The notes under the pieces are model-generated. The model saw only the letters and a program-made list of their open reading frames with translations. It had not been told where the DNA came from and ran no database searches. The position numbers and the translations under genes are program-made. A stretch of DNA of 64,000 bases. It comes from Polyangiales bacterium. GTDB taxonomy: Bacteria; Myxococcota_A; Polyangia; Polyangiales; Ga0077539. Shown piece by piece: positions 38,096 through 46,631 of the stretch. The stretch is taken from contig JBGARZ010000008.1 of the NCBI GenBank assembly GCA_044229975.1, forward strand, positions 96,001-160,000. The letters are read 5' to 3'. Each line of letters begins with the position of its first letter. Position 1 is the stretch's first letter.

Positions 38096-38785
38096 TCACC
38101 ACTCGTAGTTCTGCCCGCGCCAGTTCAGGAACGAGCCGCTCTCCGCCATGGTCAGCGCGTCGATGCGAGCGACGAGCGCGCCCACCGACTGCTCGACCGA
38201 GAGCGACGCCGACGGCCCGCCCATGTCGGTCTTCACCCAGCCAGGGTTGAACACCACCGAGATCACGCCGCGGCCCCGCAGGTCCACCGCCATGCTCCGC
38301 GAGGCCATGTTGAGCGCGGCCTTCGACATCCGGTAGGCGTACTCGCCGCCCGACGTGTTGTCGGCGATCGAGCCCATGCCCGACGAGATGTGCGCCACCT
38401 TCCGCACGCCCGACCGCAGCAGGTTGGGCAGCAGCGCCCGCGTCACCCGGATCGGGCCCAGCGCGTTGACGGAGTACACCTGCAGCGCATCGTCCATGAC
38501 CATCGCGTCCAGCGACGAGTGGTCGTTTCGCGCGCCTGCGTTGTTGACCAGCACGTCCACGGCACCGTCGCCCACCGACCGCGCGAAGCCGCGCACGCTC
38601 TCGTCGTCGCCCACGTCGCACGCCAGCACCCGCAGCCGATCGGGGTGCTCCGCCGCCAGCGCCTTCAGCGCGTCGGCCTGCGCCGGATCTCTCGCGCCCG
38701 CCACGACGGCGTCACCCCGCCCGAGATACTGCCGAACGAACTCCAGCCCGATGCCGCGATTGGCCCCCGTCACGACGATGTTCAT
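38096..38785 (-). CDS. SDR oxidoreductase, C-signal CsgA-like
   Basis: TGANRGIGLEFVRQ, NNAG, YAYRMSKAALNM and PGWVKTDMGG resemble the CsgA subfamily. Confidence 0.85.
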   Translation of the reverse strand: MNIVVTGANRGIGLEFVRQYLGRGDAVVAGARDPAQADALKALAAEHPDRLRVLACDVGDDESVRGFARSVGDGAVDVLVNNAGARNDHSSLDAMVMDDALQVYSVNALGPIRVTRALLPNLLRSGVRKVAHISSGMGSIADNTSGGEYAYRMSKAALNMASRSMAVDLRGRGVISVVFNPGWVKTDMGGPSASLSVEQSVGALVARIDALTMAESGSFLNWRGQNYEW

Positions 38786-38838
38786 GGCCGCGCAGACTGC
38801 CACCGCCAGCGCGCAGGGTCGATCGCCCGCTCCGCTCG

Positions 38839-40692
38839 TCAGAAGTTCACGTCGCCCCACGCCTCGCCCGATCGCATCCACGGGACCTCCGCGTCTCCGC
38901 CGCCGAGCGAACCTGGAGCAGAGCGACCGCGATACACCACGATGCGGTCCGGGGACGGGGGCTGTCGTGAGCCGGCGATCACCACGACCAGGTCCGAGCG
39001 TCCGTCGCCGTCGACGTCCCCGTTGGCGTCGAAGGAGCGGTGCCCCCGCGTGATGACGACCGGAGCGGAGACGCCGCCCGTTCGAGGGTCGCCCCGGAGC
39101 AGCGAGAGGAGGTCCTCGTGCGCGGAGGAGAACCCGACGTAGCGGCTCTCGCTGAGCAGGAGGTCACCGACCCCGTCGCCGTCGAGGTCCGGCACGCAGC
39201 GCACGCTCATCGGTCGCAGCGTGACGTCGGGCGGCGCGTCGACGGTGACCGTCGAGACGGCCCACTGCAGGTCCGCGGTCAGGCGCAGGATGGCGACGCT
39301 CGTGGGGACGCGCCCGCGCTCGCCCGCGACGACGATCGGCGCCTCGGTGTCCGCCAGGACGACCTCGGAGCGCCCGTCCCCGTCGAGGTCGCAGCGCCCG
39401 CTGGCCATCGAGAACACGTCAAAGTTCGGAGGCTGCGGAGGCCGCGGCGCGACCACGCTCCGTGTCGCGAGCCCCGCGGTCGGACCGAGCGACACGGCGA
39501 GCCGATCGCCGCCGTTGACGTACCAGTTCGCGAACAGGAGGTCGGACGTGCCGTCGCCGTCGAAGTCGGCGGCCCGCTGCTCCCACGGAAACGCTGACGC
39601 TCGCACGCTCGCGCCGTTCCAGAGGCCGCGGGGAACGATCCGGGCGGGAGGGACGCCGTCGAAATCCCGTGGCCCACCGTGAAACACGCCGGCCTCTGGA
39701 AGGAACTCGTCGACGGTGTCTCCGACGACCACCGGGAGGGCGACGGAGACGCCCACGTCCGCGTAGCCGTCGCCGTTCTCGTCGCCGACCGCGCTGTAGC
39801 TGGTGGTGATAACCGCCCCGATGTCGGGGTCGAGGACGGCGCTCGTCGGCGTGGTGGCGAGACCAGTCGCCGACCCGCGGTACACGTACAGCCCCGTGAC
39901 CGGGTCGGACCCCGGAGCTTCCGGTGCGGCCGTGAACGCCCTCACGAGCAGCTCCGAGTACCCGTCGCCGTTCAGGTCCGCGGAGGTCGTTCCGAACGAC
40001 TGACGCAACCTCGGGTCGGGCAGCTCGATGGCGACGCCGCCCGCGGGACGCAACCCCTCCGCCCCACCGTAGAAGACGACCACCTGCGTCTGATGGGTGA
40101 CGGCGAGGTCCGCGAAGCCGTCCCCGTTGAAGTCGTTGAAGCGGCCGAACGCGGTGTCCGCAGGCGCGTCGTGCGCGAGCGTCCGAAATTCCCATGTGAA
40201 CGAGCTGCGCGCGCGGCCCTCCGCGTCGAGTGTGCTCGCCCGCCAGAAATGGACGCCCGCCGGGAGGGCGTTGTCGGGGCGATACGAGGTGCCCGTGACG
40301 GTCGCGTGCGACTCCGCGACGGCGCACGCGCGGTCCCGACAGACGTCGACCGTGACAGCCGACGACGCGGGGGACGCCCAGCGCAGGGTCGGACGCTGCG
40401 AGGAGACGATGCTGGTCGACAGCGGCGACAGCAGCCGCGGGGCGAGCGCATCGCCGGTGACGGGGTCGCCGCGGAGGACGGGCACCCACTCGGCCGACGT
40501 CCATGCGTGCGCGTCGGCGTCGCGCGCATCGACGCTGTCGCGGGCGGACGAGTCGCGGAGGACGCCGGCGTCCGTGCCGGAGGACGCACTGTTCGTCGCG
40601 GTGTTCGCACAGGCCGCGAGCATCATCGAGCACGACAGCGCCACATGGCCTCCCGCGCTCCTGCGTCCTCTCGGCAGCCCGCTGTCGCGCAT
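38839..40692 (-). CDS. FG-GAP (integrin alpha-like) repeat lipoprotein
   Basis: Lipobox LAAC; repeated D(F/L)(N/D)GDGxxDL motifs; PRLLSPLSTS..RPTLRW N-terminal domain. Confidence 0.88.
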   Translation of the reverse strand: MRDSGLPRGRRSAGGHVALSCSMMLAACANTATNSASSGTDAGVLRDSSARDSVDARDADAHAWTSAEWVPVLRGDPVTGDALAPRLLSPLSTSIVSSQRPTLRWASPASSAVTVDVCRDRACAVAESHATVTGTSYRPDNALPAGVHFWRASTLDAEGRARSSFTWEFRTLAHDAPADTAFGRFNDFNGDGFADLAVTHQTQVVVFYGGAEGLRPAGGVAIELPDPRLRQSFGTTSADLNGDGYSELLVRAFTAAPEAPGSDPVTGLYVYRGSATGLATTPTSAVLDPDIGAVITTSYSAVGDENGDGYADVGVSVALPVVVGDTVDEFLPEAGVFHGGPRDFDGVPPARIVPRGLWNGASVRASAFPWEQRAADFDGDGTSDLLFANWYVNGGDRLAVSLGPTAGLATRSVVAPRPPQPPNFDVFSMASGRCDLDGDGRSEVVLADTEAPIVVAGERGRVPTSVAILRLTADLQWAVSTVTVDAPPDVTLRPMSVRCVPDLDGDGVGDLLLSESRYVGFSSAHEDLLSLLRGDPRTGGVSAPVVITRGHRSFDANGDVDGDGRSDLVVVIAGSRQPPSPDRIVVYRGRSAPGSLGGGDAEVPWMRSGEAWGDVNF

Positions 40693-40728
40693 GGAGAGAC
40701 GGTACCTCTGCTGGGGCAGTCGGCGCAG

Positions 40729-40944
40729 CTACCGCGCGGCGTCCGTCAGGACCGCGGCGTCGCGCGGCTGGCAGGTGCTGATCTCGTCGCCGAGCTCGCA
40801 CACCAGCCCCGACGCGCAATCGTCGTTGACCGCGCACACCGCGCCGACGCCGCGGTTTCGGAGGGAGCCATCGTCACCGCAGGCCGCGAGCCAGGAGGCC
40901 AGCGCGAGCGCGAAGGCGCGAACGAAGGGTCTGGAAGGAATCAT
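40729..40944 (-). CDS. Small Cys-rich lipoprotein
   Basis: Lipobox LAAC; GAVCAVNDDCASGLVC module; GGAG upstream. Confidence 0.65.
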   Translation of the reverse strand: MIPSRPFVRAFALALASWLAACGDDGSLRNRGVGAVCAVNDDCASGLVCELGDEISTCQPRDAAVLTDAAR

Positions 40945-41172
40945 GGGCGTCGTCTCCGGGTGGGGGCCCCGCCGGACGGCGTCCGACCCTTGCTGCGTGG
41001 TGCGCGACCCCCGGAGGCGCCAACGGGAAAACACCGCCGGGCCGGTCGCGCCCGTGACGAGCCCGCTGGCGAGTGAGCGTGTGCCGCTCGGCCGCCCTGA
41101 GCCTCAGCCTCTAATCCCCCTCCGTCCCTTGCGCTCCTCGCGCCCTTGCGGCTTCGCGCTCGGACTACCGGA

Positions 41173-41751
41173 TCAACGCCGCAGCCAGGTCAGAGGGTAG
41201 GCCGCTGCCATCGCGCACGCGGCGAGCTCCGGCGCGACCGCGATCGGTCCGTAGTAGATGGCGAACACCACGTTGGTCGCGACCGTGAACTGGATCAACT
41301 GACGCCCGTTGAGCGTGATGAGGCCGTAGAGCATCAGCCTCGCATCCGGGAACTGGCGCGCCCACGCGATGACGAGCGCGTCTGCCACGGCCCACCCGCC
41401 GAGGTGCACCACGTCGCCTTGCCCCATGAGCAGGGCGAGCACGCTCGTCGCTCCGGTGGCCGCGAGCAGGACGTGGATCATGAACCGTCGCAAACGACGA
41501 TCGCCCCAGCGGATCGCGAGCTCGCTGCCGAACTTATAGATGGAGAGCACGGTGACGATGAGCCCCATCGGTCCGGGCTCGACGAAGGGCCACGTCACGA
41601 GCCGCCAGATCTCACCGTGCAGGACCAGCGATGGGATCAGCGCGGCCGCGTGGGCAATGTGACCGCCTTCGAGCGCAGCAACGATCGACACGACCAGCGT
41701 GACGACCATCCACCGCGTCACCAGCCTGCTTGATCCTAGCCGCGGCCACAT
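41173..41751 (-). CDS. Rhomboid-like membrane protein, probably catalytically inactive
   Basis: GEIWRLVTWPF and FGSELAIRWGDRR; no clear GxS/H dyad. Confidence 0.7.
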   Translation of the reverse strand: MWPRLGSSRLVTRWMVVTLVVSIVAALEGGHIAHAAALIPSLVLHGEIWRLVTWPFVEPGPMGLIVTVLSIYKFGSELAIRWGDRRLRRFMIHVLLAATGATSVLALLMGQGDVVHLGGWAVADALVIAWARQFPDARLMLYGLITLNGRQLIQFTVATNVVFAIYYGPIAVAPELAACAMAAAYPLTWLRR

Positions 41752-41836
41752 GCGCGGAGACGCTACACCACGCGTGCACGGTCACCACAGCGCGTTGTCC
41801 GGCATGTAGCGGTCGCCATGGCGGCGACGACGGCCG

Positions 41837-42226
41837 CTACCAGACTCGGACGAGGCCCTCGTAGGCGTCGAGAGCCGGGTCGCGCGAGAGGAGCGGGACG
41901 TCCTCGACCAGCGCTTGCGCGATCAGGAGGCGATCGAATGGGTCGCGGTGATGGAGCGCGAGCGAAGCGACGGGCGCGAGGTGTCGCAGCTCGATCGACA
42001 GGACCGACACCTGGAGTCGCGCGAGTTGCTCTGCGATGAACTCATGCGGTGACGGTTCGAGGCGGAGCTTGCCTGTCCGATGCTTGATGCTCATCTCCCA
42101 CGCGCTGGCGACGCTCAAGAGACGTTCGTTGGCCGGGTCCAGGATCAAGGAACGCGCACGTTCGCCGAGCTGCGCCGGGTCTGAGGCGGCCCAAAGGAAC
42201 GTGTGGGTGTCGAGCAACAGGCGCAA
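41837..42226 (-). CDS. vapC: VapC-family PIN-domain toxin
   Basis: LLLDTHTFLW, SVASAWE, HHRDPFDRLLIAQA and LLSRD. Confidence 0.92.
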   Translation of the reverse strand: MRLLLDTHTFLWAASDPAQLGERARSLILDPANERLLSVASAWEMSIKHRTGKLRLEPSPHEFIAEQLARLQVSVLSIELRHLAPVASLALHHRDPFDRLLIAQALVEDVPLLSRDPALDAYEGLVRVW

Positions 42227-42233
42227 GCGATCC

Positions 42234-42446
42234 TCAGAGGTAAGCCTCGAACTCCTCGGGCGTGGCGTCGAAGTCTTCCGCCATGGTCACCCGTCCCTTC
42301 GCCGTGCCGAGCTGTGGCACCCGTCGCTCGTCCTCCGACGTTCCCCATAGTTCAAGGACCGCCCCTTCAGGAACATCGATCGGTAGTTCTGGGATCAGCA
42401 CCCTGCCGTCGAAACGCGCGCGGACGTGGATGGTGGGCTTCGACAT
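42234..42446 (-). CDS. Putative antitoxin (DUF104/AF2212-like N-terminus, DUF2281-like C-terminus)
   Basis: Directly upstream of vapC; ARFDGRVLIP..PIDVPEG and LGTAKGRVTMAEDFDA. Confidence 0.8.
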   Translation of the reverse strand: MSKPTIHVRARFDGRVLIPELPIDVPEGAVLELWGTSEDERRVPQLGTAKGRVTMAEDFDATPEEFEAYL

Positions 42447-42530
42447 GACGGCAATCTACACCGCAACCCTCGCGCTCGCAGCGCCGAGCTCGTCGACGCG
42501 CAGCACGCCACCACCGCCTGTGAGCGACGC

Positions 42531-43256
42531 TTACCGGCGGTGGCGGCCGAGCGCCATGCACGCCTCCGTGACACCGCCCTCGCACGCCCGCTGGTATAGG
42601 TCGCGCGCGACACCGCGGCCCTCGTCGCACAGGGTCGCGAGCGCGGTGCACGAGTGCATGTCGCCACCATTGCATGCGAGCTCGTAGAGCTGCACCGCGC
42701 GCGCCTCGTCGCGCTCCACCTCGCGCCCTTGCAGGAAGCTGAAGGCGACCTCACCGCACGAGGGCATGATCCCTCCCTCACACGCCTGAGCGTGGAGGCG
42801 CGCGGCGCGTGCGAAGTCGCGCCCGACGCCGCGGCCGTGCTTGTAGAGCATGCCGAGCATCGAGCAGCTCCGCAGGTCGCCGTGGGCGCACGCCGGTTCG
42901 TAGAGCCGCGCGGCGCGGGGAACGTCCTGCTCGATCCCATCCCCGATGTCGTAGAGGACGCCGAGGCTCCCGCAGGCGGCGAAGTCTCCGCCGTCGCACG
43001 CGCGTTGGTACAGGAGAGCCGCCCGCGAGACGTCGCGCTCGACGCCAGTGCCCTGTCCGTAGGCGGCGCCTGCGCGGCCGCACGCCCGGACGTCGCCCCG
43101 CTCGCACGCCCGCTCACCGGTCGGGTCTGGCAACGCAACGACCGGAGGAGCCGCCGATGGAGCCGCCGGTGGAGCAACCGAGCGAGCGCCCGGGTGAGCG
43201 CACGCACCGAACGCGAAGACCGCCGCGACGATGCCGAACGCCCCCCGCCCCGTCAC
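42531..43256 (-). CDS. Sel1-like (Hcp-type, Cys-containing) repeat lipoprotein
   Basis: Repeated LY..AC..G....C..LG.LY..G.GV.RD; lipobox-like FGAC; GTG overlaps the asnB stop. Confidence 0.85.
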   Translation of the reverse strand: MTGRGAFGIVAAVFAFGACAHPGARSVAPPAAPSAAPPVVALPDPTGERACERGDVRACGRAGAAYGQGTGVERDVSRAALLYQRACDGGDFAACGSLGVLYDIGDGIEQDVPRAARLYEPACAHGDLRSCSMLGMLYKHGRGVGRDFARAARLHAQACEGGIMPSCGEVAFSFLQGREVERDEARAVQLYELACNGGDMHSCTALATLCDEGRGVARDLYQRACEGGVTEACMALGRHRR

Positions 43257-45277
43257 GCCACCCGATGCACCTCGGTGCGAAACGGCACCCCGTCGTCGCC
43301 ATCGTCGCGCTGCCCGATGAGCCGGTGGTGCAGCACCTGCGTCGAGAGCAACCCCACCACGGCCATGTTGTCGGCGTTGCTGAAGCCCGCGTCTCCCCCC
43401 TTCGCCGCCACCCGCCGGGCCTTCTCCAGCAGCGCCGTCGCGGCCGCCGCGTCGAACACCCCGACCTCCTTCAGCGCCGCCTCCGTCGTCAGCGCGCGCA
43501 CCCACTCGGGCGCATCGGGCCCCGTGAAGCACGCCGCGTCGGGCGCGCGGTAGGGCTGCTTCGGCCGCTCGAGAATCTCCTTCGGCAGCACCTCCGCCGC
43601 CGCGCGCTTGAGCACGTGCTTCTCGTCGAGGCCGCTGAGCTTGAAGCGCGCGGGCATCGCGTTGGCGTAGGCCATCACCTCCTTGTCGAGAAAGGGAAAG
43701 CGCCCCTCGACCGAGTTGGCCATCAGCATCCGATCACCCTGCGACGCCAGGATGTACGGGTTGAGCAGCGTGACCACCTCCAGGTACTGCGCCTGCGCGA
43801 GCGGGTCCCACCGCTTGAAGTCGTCGGGCAGCGAGGCCACCAGCGAGGCCACCGCGCCGGGCCGCGCGTCGCCCACCGTGCGCGCCTTCCACTCCGACGA
43901 GAACAGCCGCTGCAACGCCGACGCGCTCGACCACCGCGGGCCGTGCGAGAAGGTCGGGTCGTCGGGCCGCTCGATGCCCTTCGCCCAGAACTGCAATGCC
44001 AGCCCCCGCGCCGCCGCGGGCGAGCGCGCGAGCCACGGGTACAGCCGATCGAAGAGCCGCGGGCGCAGCTTCGACTGGGGCTGCCGCGACCAGAAGCGCC
44101 GCACCTTCGCCTCGCGGAAGAGGTCGTACCCGCCGAGCATCTCGTCGGACCCCTCGCCCGTCAGCACGACCTTCAGGCCCTGCTCGCGCACCAGCTTCGA
44201 CAGCAGGAAGAGCGGCGCCGGACCCGTCCGCAGCAGCGGTCGCTCGGCGTGCGCCACCACGTCGGGAAACACCCCCGCGATGTCCGACCGCGACGCCACC
44301 ACCTCGGCGTGCTCGCTGTGCAGCCGATCGACCATCAGCCGCTGGTACTTCGTCTCGTCGTACTCGGGGTCCTCGAAGCGCAGCGAGAACGTGTGGAACT
44401 TCCCGCGCACCGCATCGCGCGCCAGCCACGCGACGTAGCTGCTGTCGATGCCGCCCGACAGGTACGCGCCCACCGGCACGTCCGCCCGCAGCATCCGCAG
44501 CTCCGCCGCGTTGAGCAGCCGGTCGCGCAGGCCCTTCACCGCCTCGTCGAGCGTGCACGAGTCTTCATCGCGCGGACCGTCGCCCTGCACGCGCGGATAG
44601 CTCGGGTGCCAGTAGGTCTGGTCGACCTTCGCGCCCGAGCGGTCGTAGCGGCGCACCACGCCCGGCGGGAGCTCCTCGATGCCCGCAAACACCGACGTCG
44701 GCGCCCGCGAACCCCAGAACGTGAAGGTCTCCTCGATGCCTCGCGGGTCGAGCGCGCGCGACACGTCGGGGTCGGCGTAGAGCGCCTTCACCTCGCTGGC
44801 GAAGCGCACCCGACCGCCGCCCTCGTGCAGGAAGAGCGGGCGCACGCCCACGCGGTCGCGGCAGAGCACCAGCTCCTGGGTGCGCGTGTCCCACAGCGCG
44901 ATGGCCCACTGGCCGTTGAAGCGCGCGAAGGCGTCGACGCCCCAGCGCTCCCAGGCGTGGACGATCACCTCGGTGTCGGAGTGCGTCCGGAAGACGTGGC
45001 CCGCGGCTTCGAGCTCGACCCGCAGCTCGACGAAGTTGAACACCTCCCCGTTGAACACCAGCCACGACGTCTCATCGGTGTTGGGCATCGGCTGCTGGCC
45101 GCTCGCCAGGTCGACGATGGAGAGGCGCGCGTGGCCGAGGCCCGCCCTGCCGTCGCGGTAGACCCCGAACTCGTCGGGGCCGCGGTGGCGGATGGCCCGC
45201 ACCATCGCGCGAACGAGCTCGCGCGAGGGAGGCGGGAGCGCATCCGAGAGGTTCACGATTCCGGCGATGCCACACAT
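43253..45277 (-). CDS. asnB: Asparagine synthase (glutamine-hydrolysing) family amidotransferase
   Basis: MCGIAG, HRGPD, HARLSIVD, FNGEVFN, LSGGIDSS, TGEGSDE and DRMLMANSVEGRFPFLD. Confidence 0.95.
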   Translation of the reverse strand: MCGIAGIVNLSDALPPPSRELVRAMVRAIRHRGPDEFGVYRDGRAGLGHARLSIVDLASGQQPMPNTDETSWLVFNGEVFNFVELRVELEAAGHVFRTHSDTEVIVHAWERWGVDAFARFNGQWAIALWDTRTQELVLCRDRVGVRPLFLHEGGGRVRFASEVKALYADPDVSRALDPRGIEETFTFWGSRAPTSVFAGIEELPPGVVRRYDRSGAKVDQTYWHPSYPRVQGDGPRDEDSCTLDEAVKGLRDRLLNAAELRMLRADVPVGAYLSGGIDSSYVAWLARDAVRGKFHTFSLRFEDPEYDETKYQRLMVDRLHSEHAEVVASRSDIAGVFPDVVAHAERPLLRTGPAPLFLLSKLVREQGLKVVLTGEGSDEMLGGYDLFREAKVRRFWSRQPQSKLRPRLFDRLYPWLARSPAAARGLALQFWAKGIERPDDPTFSHGPRWSSASALQRLFSSEWKARTVGDARPGAVASLVASLPDDFKRWDPLAQAQYLEVVTLLNPYILASQGDRMLMANSVEGRFPFLDKEVMAYANAMPARFKLSGLDEKHVLKRAAAEVLPKEILERPKQPYRAPDAACFTGPDAPEWVRALTTEAALKEVGVFDAAAATALLEKARRVAAKGGDAGFSNADNMAVVGLLSTQVLHHRLIGQRDDGDDGVPFRTEVHRVA

Positions 45278-45296
45278 GAGTCGGTGATGTTCCCTT

Positions 45297-46418
45297 CTAG
45301 CGGGCGGCCGCGTCGTGCAGCGCGCCCACCCAACCCTCGTGCATGCGCTGTTGCGTGAACCGCTCCAGCACCCGTCGTCGACCCGCCTCGCCCCGCCGCG
45401 CGCACCCTTCGGGGTCGCGCAACAGCGTCGCCATCGCGGCCCCCATCGCGGCGTGATCGCCCCGCGGGACGAGCTCTCCCGTCACACCCTTCGCCACGAT
45501 CTCGGGGTTGCCCCCGACCTCGGTGACCAGCGCCGCGCGCTCCGAGAGCATCGCCTCCAGCAGCGTCACGCTCGTGCCTTCGGAGAGCGACGCCATCGCG
45601 AAGAGGTCGCTCGCCGCGTAGATGGCCGGGATGTCCCGACGCACGCCCGCGAACACCACCCGCTCACCCACACCGAGCTCACCCGCGAGCGCCTTCAAGG
45701 GCTCGGCCTCGCCGCCGCCGACCAGCAACAACCGCGCGTCGGGGAGCTCCCGCGCGGCGTGGGCGAAGGCGCGAACGAGCGTGGGGTGATCCTTCACCGG
45801 GTGGAAGCGCGCGACGCAGGTGACGACCTTCGCGGTGGGCGCGAGGCCGAGCGACGCGCGGATGCCAGCGGGGTCGAGCTGCGCGCGCTGGGCCGGGTCG
45901 AAGCGCGACGGGTCGACGCCGTTGTAGACGACGTCGATGCGCGAGGCGGGGATGCCCTCGTTTTCGACGAGCAGGCGCTTGATGTACCCGCACACCGCGA
46001 CGACGCGGCTCGTGTAGTGGAGGAAGAGCGCGTTGTTGGCCAGAACGCGCTTGGGTCGGCGCTCGTCGGGGTAGTGCCGACCGTGCTCGACGAAGACCAG
46101 GCCCGGTCGGTGGCGCATCGGCCCCATGGCCATGGCCGCGTACGAGTACGGCGTGTACTGGTGGGCGCACACGACGTCGGGGCGCACCTCCGCGATGAGC
46201 CGATGGAGGCCGAGCGCGATGCCCGGTTGCAGCCCCTCGCGGCGGCCGAGCACCTCGACGCGAACACCGTCCGCCCGCAGCGACTCGCCGAGCGGACCGA
46301 TGCCGTCGAGGCACACCACCACCTGGGTGAGTCGGTCGCGGGTGGCCTTGAGGAAGTCGTGCACGAGCACCTCGGCGCCGCCGAAGGTCATGCTGTGGAG
46401 GACGTGCAGGACGCGCAT
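45297..46418 (-). CDS. Glycosyltransferase family 4 (GT-B)
   Basis: GGAE, ARFHPVKDH, SLSEGTSVTLLEAM and VGGNPE. Confidence 0.92.
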   Translation of the reverse strand: MRVLHVLHSMTFGGAEVLVHDFLKATRDRLTQVVVCLDGIGPLGESLRADGVRVEVLGRREGLQPGIALGLHRLIAEVRPDVVCAHQYTPYSYAAMAMGPMRHRPGLVFVEHGRHYPDERRPKRVLANNALFLHYTSRVVAVCGYIKRLLVENEGIPASRIDVVYNGVDPSRFDPAQRAQLDPAGIRASLGLAPTAKVVTCVARFHPVKDHPTLVRAFAHAARELPDARLLLVGGGEAEPLKALAGELGVGERVVFAGVRRDIPAIYAASDLFAMASLSEGTSVTLLEAMLSERAALVTEVGGNPEIVAKGVTGELVPRGDHAAMGAAMATLLRDPEGCARRGEAGRRRVLERFTQQRMHEGWVGALHDAAAR

Positions 46419-46631
46419 GGATCAAAGCCCGGTTGAGACCCGCGACCGACGCGCGGGGAGGCGTGACCGTGCGCGAGCGGCGAGCGGCGCGTCAAGCGTT
46501 CCTCCGGGGCGCAGAGCCTTTCTCTTGCGGTCGTTGCACGGGTTTCACTAAGCTCCGCTCGTTTCTGGCGGGCTCCGCAGCAACCGGCGCATGCTCCCCC
46601 CAGGAGGATGGATACCCTCGTGAAGACACAC

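Noticed and set aside
41125..41160. Short 9-bp-period CCTTGCG/CCTCGCG motif in an intergenic region
   Set aside because: Only three degenerate units; cannot be separated from chance without genome-wide counts
43253..45277. AsnB as a lasso-peptide cyclase (RiPP cluster)
   Set aside because: Intact N-terminal Cys glutaminase domain; no B1/B2 proteins or precursor peptide nearby; the neighbour is a glycosyltransferase
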